Source: Planctomycetota bacterium
GTDB taxonomy: Bacteria; Planctomycetota; Planctomycetia; Pirellulales; UBA1268
Length of the DNA: 64,000 nucleotides
Direction of reading: 5' to 3'
Assembly (NCBI GenBank): GCA_003669585.1
Contig: QWOQ01000005.1
Coordinates: 458,502 to 522,501 of the forward strand
This document shows, one piece after another, positions 1 through 9,661 of the stretch. The number at the start of each line of letters is the position of its first letter. The stretch's first letter is position 1. The notes beneath the pieces were generated by a model that was given only the letters and a program-made list of their open reading frames with translations, was not told the DNA's origin and made no database searches. The position numbers and the translations under genes are program-made.

Positions 1-1364
1 GCGGCCACCCAGATACATGCCCCCATTGCAACAATTTCTATTCCACTTCGAAACATCTTTCGCATCCATCGCCATCCGTATGAATGACTGCGTTCAATTA
101 ATTGCAAAAGTGGGTCTGGCTCTTTTTGACCAGCCCGTATGGCCGTTGCGGCGGCAATCAGAATGCCTGTCGACAAGAATGACAACTGAGTTGAAATTCT
201 AAATAGTTCTGGAGGGTGCCAGAGGACAACGATCACAACTGCGATCGCCAATGAATTAGCCCCCAGGGGTCGGCGACCCAAAAAAGCGCCCAAGCAAGCA
301 ATCCAAACAAGCAGTGTCGCCCGGATCACCGGTGGTTCGGCACCCACCAAGAGCATGTAGGCTCCTGTACAGAGACTCACCGCCGCAAGCGCACCAGTGC
401 GAGGCAAAGCACCCATCTGAAAAAGTCTAAAAAGCGCGCAAGCTAAAATCCCTACATGGAGACCTGAAATCGAAAGAATGTGGATGGTTCCCGTGACGAG
501 AAATACTTCTGTATCCTCTCGCGGAATCGATTCCCTGCTACCGAGCAAGAGGGCCGACGCCAGCGGCGCTCGATCGAGTGCGACATGCTGATTGATGACT
601 GATGTGCCCCATCGGCGAACCTTCTCAAGCATCCCAGCAAGTGTCCAGAACGATGCTGACTGTTTTTCCACAATGCACGATGCGGCGTGACATCGCACAA
701 TTGCCAGACTTCTCTGAGTTCTGGCCCTCTCGCGAAAATTGTATTCGCCTGGATTGAAGACCTCTTGTGGTTGGAGAATCCGACCAAATATCTGAATGAG
801 ACTTCCCACTTCAACAGCAGGTTTTTGCCCATTCACGATGACCGTCGCACGACCTGCCGAGTCGATCCACTGATTTTTGTGCCGGACTTTTATGACCTCT
901 ACGAGCATGTCGCTTGAGTCTCGCATTCCTTCTCCAGAAAGAGGATCGTTCTGGTTTGTCGGCAGATTTCGAGGAGCGGTTCTCACGCGAGCCTCGATCG
1001 CGATAGGAGACGGCGTATCGCTCGCCATCCAACCGATGTCGTTGGTTTCGAACAATCTCCATCGCATCACATCCCATGCGGCCCCCATGCAGCCAATTGA
1101 AACCAGAAGCAAGGCGACCTCGTGGTGATTCCTACGCTGTTGAAAGACTCCGTACCAAAGCCCCAACGCACCGGTTGCCATGAGCCACCACACGCCCCAT
1201 GGCAGCAGCACTATTCGGCCGACAAGCACACCACAGCACAGGGACATCGCAACGACCACCATCGGAATATTCGGGCGATCGCTGTCAGCGACGCGTTCAA
1301 CGTACTGCTGAGAAAATCTCTGCACGTTGCGATAGGCTCGCAGCGCTCTCGAGAAAAACTGCAT
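1..1364 (-). CDS. comEC: ComEC/Rec2-family competence membrane protein, N-terminal ~454 codons. The 3' part runs off the left edge of the window.
   Basis: Hand translation of the minus strand is stop-free from the in-frame TAG at 1413-1415 down to base 3. The first ATG is at 1362-1364. The product is MQFFSRALRAY...MVVVAMSLCCGVLVGRIVLLPWGVWWLMATGALGLWY...TGTIHILSISGLHVGILACALF...EPPVIRATLLVWIACLG...STQLSFLSTGILIAA. It has several TM helices and the ISGLHVGI / QLSF signatures typical of the ComEC competence domain. It is missing from the supplied ORF track because no stop codon lies inside the window. Confidence 0.75.
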   Translation of the reverse strand, partial: MQFFSRALRAYRNVQRFSQQYVERVADSDRPNIPMVVVAMSLCCGVLVGRIVLLPWGVWWLMATGALGLWYGVFQQRRNHHEVALLLVSIGCMGAAWDVMRWRLFETNDIGWMASDTPSPIAIEARVRTAPRNLPTNQNDPLSGEGMRDSSDMLVEVIKVRHKNQWIDSAGRATVIVNGQKPAVEVGSLIQIFGRILQPQEVFNPGEYNFRERARTQRSLAIVRCHAASCIVEKQSASFWTLAGMLEKVRRWGTSVINQHVALDRAPLASALLLGSRESIPREDTEVFLVTGTIHILSISGLHVGILACALFRLFQMGALPRTGALAAVSLCTGAYMLLVGAEPPVIRATLLVWIACLGAFLGRRPLGANSLAIAVVIVVLWHPPELFRISTQLSFLSTGILIAAATAIRAGQKEPDPLLQLIERSHSYGWRWMRKMFRSGIEIVAMGACIWVA

Positions 1365-1548
1365 CTGCTGCTCCGTTGCTTCGATGTAGCTGCGTGAATC
1401 CTTTTTCTTGTCCTACCTTATGTCGCCGATCTTCGCAAAGAGTCGGTATGGAGAGATATTTTTTTCGCGGTTAGTCGAAAAACATCGCACGCTGCACAAC
1501 GGGCCCAAAGAGATTTTTTGGCCACTACCTCTACAACCATCGCAACAC

Positions 1549-2409
1549 TCATTGCATCTGCGCGTGAATGACGCGAGGAATATCTGCAAGATCCAAGAGC
1601 GTTGGATGTCTCTTTAGATGCAAGCATGCATCAACAGCCTGCTCGGATTCCTCCGGAGGACCTATTTCAATGAGAAGCCACCCGCCGCAAAGAAGTCTTG
1701 TGACGGATTCGCGAGCGAGTCTCTCAATCACCTCAACTCCACGAGGCCCGGCGATCAATGCTTCTTTCGGTTCGTGCATTCGCACATCGCGAGGCAAGCC
1801 ATCAAATTCTTCCTCTCGAATATAGGGCGGGTTACTCACAATAAGATCCCATTGCATTTTTAAATCGCATGCATCGAACAGATTGCCGTGAATAAAATCA
1901 ATCCGATCAGCCACGCCATGAAACTCTGCATTGTGCTTTGCAACTGCAAGAGCATCGTTCGAGATGTCGATGGCAGTGATCACGGCAGCAGGCAGATGCT
2001 TGGCCAACGTGATGGCTATATTTCCTGAACCAGTTCCGACATCAACGATTCGCACCTTGCCGCTTTTTCTATAGAGATCAATCGCTCGCACCACCAGTTG
2101 TTCGGTTTCTGGTCTGGGCACAAGAACTGCGGGAGTCACTTTGAATGGAAGAGAGAAGAATTCCCGTTGTCCCGTCAGATAGGCAACCGGGGCACCATCG
2201 GCTCGTCGTCGCAACAGTTCTCGAAAAGCCGTTCGCGGTTCGTCTGCAACCACTTTATCAAACGTCGTGTAGAGTTCAATTCGACTACATGACAAAACAT
2301 GCGACAGCAGCACCTCTGCATCAAGGCGAGGAAACTCACTTCCTCTGGTCGCGAGCCATTCAGCGGTCCAGTGAAGAAGCCGTCCTACGGTCCAAGGCTG
2401 ATCGCTCAT
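1549..2409 (-). CDS. prmC: Release-factor glutamine N5-methyltransferase (PrmC/HemK)
   Basis: 286-aa ORF with the SAM-binding motif [11 protein letters not shown] and the catalytic NPPY motif (IVSNPPYI). Its start overlaps the prfA stop by 4 nt (ATGA at 2406-2409), the classic prfA-prmC arrangement. Confidence 0.92.
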   Translation of the reverse strand: MSDQPWTVGRLLHWTAEWLATRGSEFPRLDAEVLLSHVLSCSRIELYTTFDKVVADEPRTAFRELLRRRADGAPVAYLTGQREFFSLPFKVTPAVLVPRPETEQLVVRAIDLYRKSGKVRIVDVGTGSGNIAITLAKHLPAAVITAIDISNDALAVAKHNAEFHGVADRIDFIHGNLFDACDLKMQWDLIVSNPPYIREEEFDGLPRDVRMHEPKEALIAGPRGVEVIERLARESVTRLLCGGWLLIEIGPPEESEQAVDACLHLKRHPTLLDLADIPRVIHAQMQ

Positions 2410-3521
2410 GAAGCTCCGTGTTCGGTATGGGATTTTGTTGTGATGGGCTTGCTTGTGGAGGAATCCATGCTGCGTCGACGCTCAACTCGATCAGATTGTT
2501 CAAGCGCATCGAGCACATTACTCAAACGACCTCCCATAATCTGTTCGAGCGGAAAACTTTCACCAATTCGATGATCTGTCAACCGGTTCTGCGGAAAGTT
2601 ATAGGTGCGCACACGCTGCGAGCGGTCTCCAGATCCAACTAGCGTGCGACGCTCGCTCGAACGTTTTTCATGTTCAATGCTGCGATGAAGTTCGTAAAGG
2701 CGAGTTTTCAGAACTCGAAGTGCTTTTGCGAGATTCTTGTGCTGACTTTTTTCATCTTGGCACTGAACAACTAAACCCGACTCCAGATGCGTAAGGCGGA
2801 CGGCGGATGCGGTTTTGTTAACGTGCTGGCCACCCGGTCCGCTGGCGCAGAAAAGATCCTTGCGGTAGTCCTCCGGTGCAATTGAAACCTCCACATCTTC
2901 TGGTTCAGGCAAAACGGCAACCGTCGCTGCCGATGTGTGAATTCGACCTTTTGTTTCCGTATTTGGAACTCGTTGAACTCGATGGCCACCACTTTCAAAC
3001 CTGAGTTTTCGATAGGCACTTTCTCCAACGACGCCAAGCACGATTTCTTTAAAACCACCAAGTTCTGTCGGACTTGCGTCAAGGATCTCAATGTTCCATC
3101 CTGATTCTGCAATGAAGCGGCGGTACATTTCGTACAGGTCGCGGACAAACAGTGCTGCCTCGTCTCCTCCGGTGCCAGCTCGAAGTTCGACAATGCATCG
3201 ACTTCGTTCGGCATCGTCATCCTCCGACATCATGTCTGCAAGTTCGTCCCACTGAGTTTCACGAATCGCTCGCAAGGAAGCCAATTCTCCTTCCATGAGA
3301 TCTCGCAACTCAGGGTCTGATTCTGCGGCCATGTCGACGATTTCGGCAATCTGCCGTTCAACAAGACCAAGCGCGCGAACCCTGATGGCAACTCGTGACA
3401 GCGTGCCGTGCTCACGAGCGACAGCCGCTAAGCTGTGAGAATCTGCAAGAATCGCCGGGTCACACATCTTTCGCTCAAGAGATTCAAAGAGAGCAAGTTT
3501 TGCATCGAGTTCTTCACGCAT
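2406..3521 (-). CDS. prfA: Peptide chain release factor 1
   Basis: 371-aa ORF with the GGQ motif ([19 protein letters not shown]). The RF1-type tripeptide region [26 protein letters not shown] matches E. coli RF1 [26 protein letters not shown]. Confidence 0.95.
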   Translation of the reverse strand: MREELDAKLALFESLERKMCDPAILADSHSLAAVAREHGTLSRVAIRVRALGLVERQIAEIVDMAAESDPELRDLMEGELASLRAIRETQWDELADMMSEDDDAERSRCIVELRAGTGGDEAALFVRDLYEMYRRFIAESGWNIEILDASPTELGGFKEIVLGVVGESAYRKLRFESGGHRVQRVPNTETKGRIHTSAATVAVLPEPEDVEVSIAPEDYRKDLFCASGPGGQHVNKTASAVRLTHLESGLVVQCQDEKSQHKNLAKALRVLKTRLYELHRSIEHEKRSSERRTLVGSGDRSQRVRTYNFPQNRLTDHRIGESFPLEQIMGGRLSNVLDALEQSDRVERRRSMDSSTSKPITTKSHTEHGAS

Positions 3522-3641
3522 GGATTGAACTCAATTCGCTCAACGATTCCACCTGCATGGAGCAAATGGGGCACTCTTAGAAATCTTCCGCGTGTGTTCT
3601 GGGCTAGTACCAAAGATTGGAACGTTTGAAGGCTCCGTGGA

Positions 3642-3896
3642 TTACTCCGCGGCTGCCACCACAGCTACCTTTTTGGGTTTTTTCAGACTGGCATAGCCGG
3701 CACCGGCAAATTTTGTTTTGAACTTTTCAATCCGGCCAGCCGTATCGACAAACTTGAGTTTTCCTGTGAAGAATGGGTGGCAGACATTGCAAATGTCGAC
3801 CTTCAACTCCGGAACAGTGCTGCGGGTTGTGAATGTGTTTCCACAACCACATCGAACGAGAGTTTCGATGTAGTTTGGATGAATGCTGTCTTTCAT
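3642..3896 (-). CDS. rpmE: 50S ribosomal protein L31 (Cys-containing, zinc-type)
   Basis: 84-aa [49 protein letters not shown], the canonical L31 sequence with CxC...CxxC ligands. Confidence 0.95.
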   Translation of the reverse strand: MKDSIHPNYIETLVRCGCGNTFTTRSTVPELKVDICNVCHPFFTGKLKFVDTAGRIEKFKTKFAGAGYASLKKPKKVAVVAAAE

Positions 3897-4103
3897 AAAA
3901 ATCTTTCTTCGCGTTTCTGGCGTTCGCTATTTTCTAAGGAAGAAGTGTTAGCGATAAAGCGGATCAAGCGGATCAAGTGATTGAGGGATAAAGCAGTTAT
4001 CCGATTGAGGTATCGGCTTTCGATCTCATGACAATTGAGACCCTGCCGATTTTGTTCTCACATCGGAAAAAAATCTTTCTTTGAAGTGTGAAAGGATACT
4101 GTT

Positions 4104-5864
4104 TCAGGTTCCTTTGGGCAACGCAGAGGGGCTAGAATCCGAGACTTTCGGCTCGATGTCAGGAATTTTCCTCAACCGAGCGGCTTCAACTCGGCTTCCA
4201 AATCGCTGCGGTGATTCGTCTGATTCGAGGAGTTGAATCGCCTTTTGGATTCGGCCAGTGGCTTCCATGGCTTGCGCCAACGCGAGACGAGCAGGATCGT
4301 TCCACGGTCCATCTGGCGTCGACTGAAGAGTCATTCGCTCCAAATAATCAATTGCTGCATCAAACTGTTTTTCTTTCAGCGTTAAAATTCCGAGACGATA
4401 GGTAGCATCCTGTTTCATTCGTTCGTAGAGTCGTGAAAATATTTCTGCTTGTTGAGGCGGAACTCGTTGCGCAAAGCTGCGAATCATTTCCTCGGATGGA
4501 CGTGCTAAAAGATAGGCACTTTTAGCACCGGAAGGGCCGTCCAAATCACCACGAAACTCGCGCACGCGAGCTGCAAACAGTGGGCGAATAGTCTTTTGCG
4601 TGCCGCTGCGACTCGGTCTACCACCACGAGAGGCATCAGAAAACCCAAGCGTCATGACCGCCAACTCCGAAGCAACCGTATTGGCAATCACTTCGCCACG
4701 TTCCAACCGGTTTCGCAACACTTCAAATGGAAACAACCACAATCCACCGCGATCGGGCGTTTGTTCACCGGGCAGTGATGCTACTGCCGTATTTGCAACA
4801 AACGAAGCATCAATTGCCAGATCAATCCCCATTCCTCCAGCAAGGTTTGCATCGATTGCCGCCATTCGTCTCGAGAGACTTGCCGGCGTGGCGCATACCA
4901 GAGCCTTCACACTGGAAAGTTCGAGTGCTGTGACTGAATAGGGCCGATCGGAAAGGTCGAGCTGCTGTAGGATTGCTGGATCTTGAAAAGCTTCCCGCGC
5001 GGTTGCAATGCCGTGTCCGAGAGGTCCTGGAATGGGCATGCCGTATGCCGAATCAAAAAGATACGCCTCACCCCCTGAAATCAGCGCGGGAATCCATGGC
5101 TTCGAAAGTCCTTGTCGATCTGACGAAGGCGTGGCAAGCATCACTCCACTGAGTCCTGCATGTCGAAGCAATTCCAGAAAAATCCAGGCCCGCTGTGCTG
5201 GGCTCGCACGTCCCGAAAGCACGATCTCTCCTTGAAGGTACCAACGTGAACCGGGATTCGTTGGAGAGGACTGAAAAGGCGGATCGGTGTCGATTGCCAG
5301 CGAACGAACTGTCCATTCAAAGAGTCTTTTTGCCACATCGAGTTCTTCAATGGCATCCCCTGGAACCGTTGATGCTATATCTGCCAACCATCGTTGATCT
5401 CGCAGTGTCACGACATCTGTAGTGGCGTCGAATGTTGTAAGACCGATCGCCTCTTGGCTGACGAATGACTGTAGACTCTCGGGAAGCGATTCCACGAGCG
5501 GATCTACTTTCCATTGTGGGGCAACCTCACCGGCATGGCTCCACTGGTTAATTCGATCAAATACTTGAGTGTACGCCGCTGATTCATCAAAATCGTCAAG
5601 CCTTCCAAGAACGCTTATTGCCCCTTCGAGCAATTGCTCTCGCACTTGGCTTGAAACAACCCGGTTTCTTTGCGAGCTATTTTCGGCCGGCTCGGGAGTT
5701 TTTGAACAGGATGTGTTGCAGATCGCGAGCATCAAAATAATCTTGCCCGCGGATTGTATTGAAGAGAAAAGCGACTGCACGAATACAGAAACTTTTCGAC
5801 CACTGGTTCTTCCATACAAGCAGACGCTCGCCGGTGAGACACTGCCTATTAAAAAGTATTTCAT
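4104..5864 (-). CDS. Hypothetical exported protein or lipoprotein with C-terminal TPR-like repeats. A cysteine-less transglutaminase-like core is possible.
   Basis: 586-aa ORF whose ATG overlaps the kdsA stop (ATGA at 5861-5864). It has a hydrophobic N-terminus ([13 protein letters not shown]) and a TPR-like C-terminus ([44 protein letters not shown]). The middle segment [21 protein letters not shown] resembles a transglutaminase-like core with the Cys position not conserved; this is a weak, by-eye call. Confidence 0.6.
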   Translation of the reverse strand: MKYFLIGSVSPASVCLYGRTSGRKVSVFVQSLFSSIQSAGKIILMLAICNTSCSKTPEPAENSSQRNRVVSSQVREQLLEGAISVLGRLDDFDESAAYTQVFDRINQWSHAGEVAPQWKVDPLVESLPESLQSFVSQEAIGLTTFDATTDVVTLRDQRWLADIASTVPGDAIEELDVAKRLFEWTVRSLAIDTDPPFQSSPTNPGSRWYLQGEIVLSGRASPAQRAWIFLELLRHAGLSGVMLATPSSDRQGLSKPWIPALISGGEAYLFDSAYGMPIPGPLGHGIATAREAFQDPAILQQLDLSDRPYSVTALELSSVKALVCATPASLSRRMAAIDANLAGGMGIDLAIDASFVANTAVASLPGEQTPDRGGLWLFPFEVLRNRLERGEVIANTVASELAVMTLGFSDASRGGRPSRSGTQKTIRPLFAARVREFRGDLDGPSGAKSAYLLARPSEEMIRSFAQRVPPQQAEIFSRLYERMKQDATYRLGILTLKEKQFDAAIDYLERMTLQSTPDGPWNDPARLALAQAMEATGRIQKAIQLLESDESPQRFGSRVEAARLRKIPDIEPKVSDSSPSALPKGT

Positions 5865-6727
5865 GAATCACATCCTGCCAATCTCGCTTCATGGATGCGT
5901 AAAACATTTTCCAACACTCGGCGAAATTGATCGAGTGGCACCATGTTCTGTCCATCACTCGGAGACCGGTCTGGATCAGGATGGGTTTCAAAAAATACTC
6001 CATCAATGCCGACTGCTGCAGCCGCTCTCGCCAGAGGTTCAACGAGTGTTCGATCTCCTCCAGTTGCACTTCCAAGGCTTGCCGGCTGCTGAACCGAATG
6101 AGTGGCATCAAAAATAACCGGCACCTTCATCGCTCTCATAACAACAAGTCCAGTAAAATCATTCACGAGCCGACCATACCCAAAGAACGTACCTCGTTCA
6201 CACAAAAACGGATCCTGGCATCCGTTGGCAGTCAGCTTATCGACGACGTGCTGCATGTCTGCCGGCGCAACAAACTGCCCCTTTTTTACGTTAACGGCCT
6301 TTCCTGTCAAAGCGGCTGCAATCAACAAATCGGTCTGACGACATAACAGCGCGGGAATCTGAAGGAGATCGCACACCTCGGCAATTTTTTTTGCCTGCTC
6401 TGGAAGATGAACATCGGTCGTTACCGGCAAGCCGGTGCGAATTCGAACGCGGTCAAGCATCGATAGACCTTCGTCAATTCCAGGGCCTCGAAAAGACGCA
6501 CCGCTCGTGCGATTTGCTTTGTCAAACGAGGCCTTGAAGACCATCTGCACGGGAAGACCACGTGCAATCACAGCGAGCGCATCAGCGATCTGCATGAGCA
6601 GCGATTCATTTTCAATGACGCAGGGCCCTGCAATCACCACAAGAGGATGATGAGGGCCACAGCGGTAGGGCCCGAGGTGGGCGGGAATTCGTGCTGACAA
6701 TGTCGACATTACTCCTCTGTGAGACAC
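5861..6727 (-). CDS. kdsA: 3-deoxy-8-phosphooctulonate (KDO8P) synthase
   Basis: 288-aa ORF. Motifs [32 protein letters not shown] and FDATHSVQ are collinear with E. coli KdsA. Confidence 0.93.
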   Translation of the reverse strand: MSHRGVMSTLSARIPAHLGPYRCGPHHPLVVIAGPCVIENESLLMQIADALAVIARGLPVQMVFKASFDKANRTSGASFRGPGIDEGLSMLDRVRIRTGLPVTTDVHLPEQAKKIAEVCDLLQIPALLCRQTDLLIAAALTGKAVNVKKGQFVAPADMQHVVDKLTANGCQDPFLCERGTFFGYGRLVNDFTGLVVMRAMKVPVIFDATHSVQQPASLGSATGGDRTLVEPLARAAAAVGIDGVFFETHPDPDRSPSDGQNMVPLDQFRRVLENVLRIHEARLAGCDS

Positions 6728-7195
6728 GTTGCGTCTCTTTCAAAAACACGAATGAAACGATTTTTACAATGCGACACAAACATCTGATGTCTATCGATCA
6801 CAACAATGAAGTAGGAATTTGTTTGTGCCCAATCTCTCTCTTTTCGCTCTCTCTTTTCGCTCAATCACTTTGTTCCGAGCAGCATACCGAGCAACGACCG
6901 ATTTACTCACTGAGTGACTTGCTAGAACGGGGAAAACGTAGCCAACGATTGGATTGTGATGTATTTTGCCGCACTGTGTTGCAGATTGATGCACTTCAAA
7001 TTCCAAGTCTCTCTTTTGCCTCAAAATCCCATGCGATTGTTTCCTAATGTGCGCGAGGCTTTTTTAATGCTGATTTTAGTACTTCAGGGAATTTATTTAA
7101 AAAAAATAATATTGATTTATTTTTTTGGCACAGGAGGTGCATCCACTTTTAAGAGCGTCAAAGGGATTCCGGCCCTTCGATGCAACGATTTCAAG

Positions 7196-7297
7196 GTGGG
7201 GCCTCTGACGAATTCGAGGGCGCGGTCGCCTTGCCCCTGACCCGCGTTCCTTATGGCAAGATGCACTTGCCGCGTCAGAGGCCCCGCTTTATTTTTT
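7196..7297 (+). ncRNA. Orphan structured element: a long closing helix with two internal hairpins followed by a T-run. It is a candidate 3' end of a small RNA or an intrinsic terminator.
   Basis: GTGGGGCCTCTGACG (7196-7210) pairs with CGTCAGAGGCCCCGC (7273-7287): 13 perfect bp plus G-C and U-G. The enclosed ~62 nt contain sub-hairpins, for example GGCAAG-atgca-CTTGCC. TTTATTTTTT (7288-7297) follows on the + strand only. No convincing + strand CDS lies upstream in the 0.84-kb non-coding region. Confidence 0.35.
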
Positions 7298-7564
7298 CGC
7301 CACATTTTCTTCTGGCGAAAATTTCGCTTCTTTTTTTATAAAAACTGCTGTTGGGCAATTTTTTGAGTTTTTATTTTTAGCCTACGACCTCGCGTCAAAG
7401 CTCTCGTCGTACTTCGATACATTGCGAGCAAGCTGGTTGAGAAGCCTTTTTTAGCTTGAAACCCGTTGAGATTTTGCCGCAATTGATTGAAAATCAAAAT
7501 CTGTCGAGAATCTTGGAATAACACGCGCTCGGCATCCGGTGCGCTTGCGCGGTTTCAATGGATC

Positions 7565-7638
7565 GCCAGCGTAGCTTCAATTGGCAGAGCACCGCATTCG
7601 TAATGCGGGGGTTGTGGGTTCGATTCCCACCGCTGGCT
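7565..7638 (+). tRNA. tRNA-Thr (anticodon CGU)
   Basis: 74-nt cloverleaf folded by hand. Acceptor GCCAGCG/CGCTGGC; D-stem GCTT/GAGC; anticodon stem CCGCA/TGCGG with loop TTCGTAA (CGT at 7599-7601); variable loop GGGTT; T-arm GTGGG-TTCGATT-CCCAC; discriminator T. CCA is not encoded. A T-run follows. Confidence 0.93.
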
Positions 7639-7961
7639 TTTTTCGATGCTCACAAATGAATTGGTTTGGTTGATAAACGAACGGCGAACGGGCAACTAGA
7701 GAACGACACACAAACCTTTTTTGCTCTAAAAAACAGGTTTTCCAAGAAAGGCCTTTGGATCTTGGTCGCTCTGGCCGTACGATACGGACGTTCAAAACAC
7801 AAGCGTACTCAAGCCCGTTCGAAAATTTTTGTAGGATTTGGATTTCGTATCGCTTCGTATGGCATTGGGTATTCACGCTTTATTAAAGATCGAACGAAGA
7901 TCGTCGATCGTCGCAGTAAAATTTTGAACTTTCCTTACCACCTTTTATAGGACTTCGTTTC

Positions 7962-9287
7962 ATGACCTCTGCTGTTGAAGCCGACATTCAATCGATCATC
8001 ACCGGCCACGGACCATTTGGCCCTGCGGAAGTAAAGTCTTTGATCGACTCTGCTGGAACCGACAAAGCGTCGCATCGATCGATTCGCCTCGCGGTGAACG
8101 AACTTGAATCGACCCCCGATCGAAGTCCTGCCACAGCTGTTCGATTGGGTGTGTGCCAGTATTTGCTGGGACGATCCCAGCACGCTCTTGAAACACTCAA
8201 AACTGCAGACGGTGGTGCAATGGCACTCTACTATCAAGGACTTGCCCACCTTGCGACTGAGGGATTTGAGAAAGCCAAAGATGCTTTTTCAGCAGCCGCA
8301 GGGGCTGGGTATGACTCAGTGGCGTGCGTGTTGGGAAAGGCCGAAGCATTGCGTTCCCTCGGCAAGCAGGACGAAGCCAAGCAAGAAATAGAAGCCCTTG
8401 GAACAGACGCTGAATCATCTGCCGACTACTGGTGCCAGCGAGCGTCTTTGCTCGGCAACTCTGTTAGCAAAGCAGCAGAGGTCAACGCTTTTCTTCAAAA
8501 ATCGCTCGCCATCGATTCGGGACATTCAGGCGCACTATTTGCGATGGCTGTTTTTAATGATCGTTTGGGAAATGATGCCGATGCAAAAAATCTCTATCAA
8601 CAATCGCTGAAACGCTATCCGGCATCGATAGGGGCTCTGGTCAATCTGGGCTTACTTTTTGAAGATGCCGACGATTATGCCAACGCACAGCGATGTTATA
8701 AACGTATTCTTGAAACCTATCCCGATCACCCACGAGCGAGGCTCTATCTCAAAGACTCATCCGCATCGAGCGACCTCCTCTTTGACGAGGATCAGCAAAA
8801 GCAGAAGGATCGTCTTGATCAGATTTTGAGCTTGCCGGTGAGTGATTTTGAACTGTCTGTTCGAAGTCGTAACTGTCTTCAAAAGATGGGCCTCATGACA
8901 CTCGGGGATTTGGCCCGCACCAGCGAAAATGAAATTCTGGAAAGTAAGAATTTTGGTGAAACGAGCCTTGTTGAGATCCGGGAAATGCTTGCGTCAAAAG
9001 GTCTCTCTCTTGGGCAACTCGTTGAATCTGTCGCCGAAGTCGAACCGCTTGGAGAAATCATCGAACCGACTGCGGACGAGCAGGAAATTCTTTCTCAGCC
9101 GTTGTCTGAGTTGAACCTGTCGGTTCGAGCAAAGAAATGCACTACGAAGCTCGGCATCCAGACGATTGGAGATTTGGTTCGTCGTACTGGCGATGATTTG
9201 ATGGAATGCAAAAACTTCGGTGTTACGAGCCTCAACGAAGTTCGCGAAAAACTTACCGAACGTGGACTCAAACTTCGCGGCGAGTAG
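7962..9287 (+). CDS. TPR-repeat protein with two C-terminal RNA polymerase alpha-subunit CTD-like (HhH) domains
   Basis: 441-aa ORF. The N-terminal ~270 aa is TPR-like (NLYQQSLKRYPASIGALVNLGLLFEDADDYANAQRCYKRILETYPDHPRARLYL). Residues ~285-352 (nt 8814-9017), LSLPVSDFELSVRSRNCLQKMGLMTLGDLARTSENEILESKNFGETSLVEIREMLASKGLSLG, closely parallel E. coli alpha-CTD [59 protein letters not shown]. A second copy lies at ~376-441 (nt 9087-9284). Confidence 0.85.
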   Translation: MTSAVEADIQSIITGHGPFGPAEVKSLIDSAGTDKASHRSIRLAVNELESTPDRSPATAVRLGVCQYLLGRSQHALETLKTADGGAMALYYQGLAHLATEGFEKAKDAFSAAAGAGYDSVACVLGKAEALRSLGKQDEAKQEIEALGTDAESSADYWCQRASLLGNSVSKAAEVNAFLQKSLAIDSGHSGALFAMAVFNDRLGNDADAKNLYQQSLKRYPASIGALVNLGLLFEDADDYANAQRCYKRILETYPDHPRARLYLKDSSASSDLLFDEDQQKQKDRLDQILSLPVSDFELSVRSRNCLQKMGLMTLGDLARTSENEILESKNFGETSLVEIREMLASKGLSLGQLVESVAEVEPLGEIIEPTADEQEILSQPLSELNLSVRAKKCTTKLGIQTIGDLVRRTGDDLMECKNFGVTSLNEVREKLTERGLKLRGE

Positions 9288-9661
9288 GGCAATTCGCCTT
9301 GCGTTGCTTCCCGGATCAAAAACGATGCCAGCTGTTCAAATCTTTGAATGATTCTCGAAGTTTTGACGCTGAAAAGACTTGCGCACGCAAGAACCGGCTC
9401 CTGTGAGGGGTCTGTTCATTGTGTTTTCCACAGGCTGCAGGTACGATGGCTTCTGTTTCCAACAGTTTTCATTTCTCTTGCGTTCAATTTTTTCCAATTT
9501 GTTTTCGGCATGATGCTGAAATCTGGGTGTAACAAGCGTTTGTTGAGGGAAAAACGACCTGTACACCGTCAAAAAGGCTGTTTCTACGATATACATGGAT
9601 TGATCTTACACGGCTCGGCGGACGAGCTGTTGACCGATTATTTTCCGGAGTCGAGACTGTC

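Noticed and set aside
6691-7047. 118-aa plus-strand ORF in the kdsA-tRNA intergenic region
   Set aside because: The product is low-complexity and Cys/Ser/Leu-rich. The ORF overlaps the kdsA start region, and the sequence is AT-rich and non-coding-like.
7577-7876. 99-aa minus-strand ORF ending ...AVGIEPTTPALRMRCSAN
   Set aside because: Its 3' end is simply the reverse complement of tRNA-Thr, and the remainder lies in AT-rich non-coding sequence.
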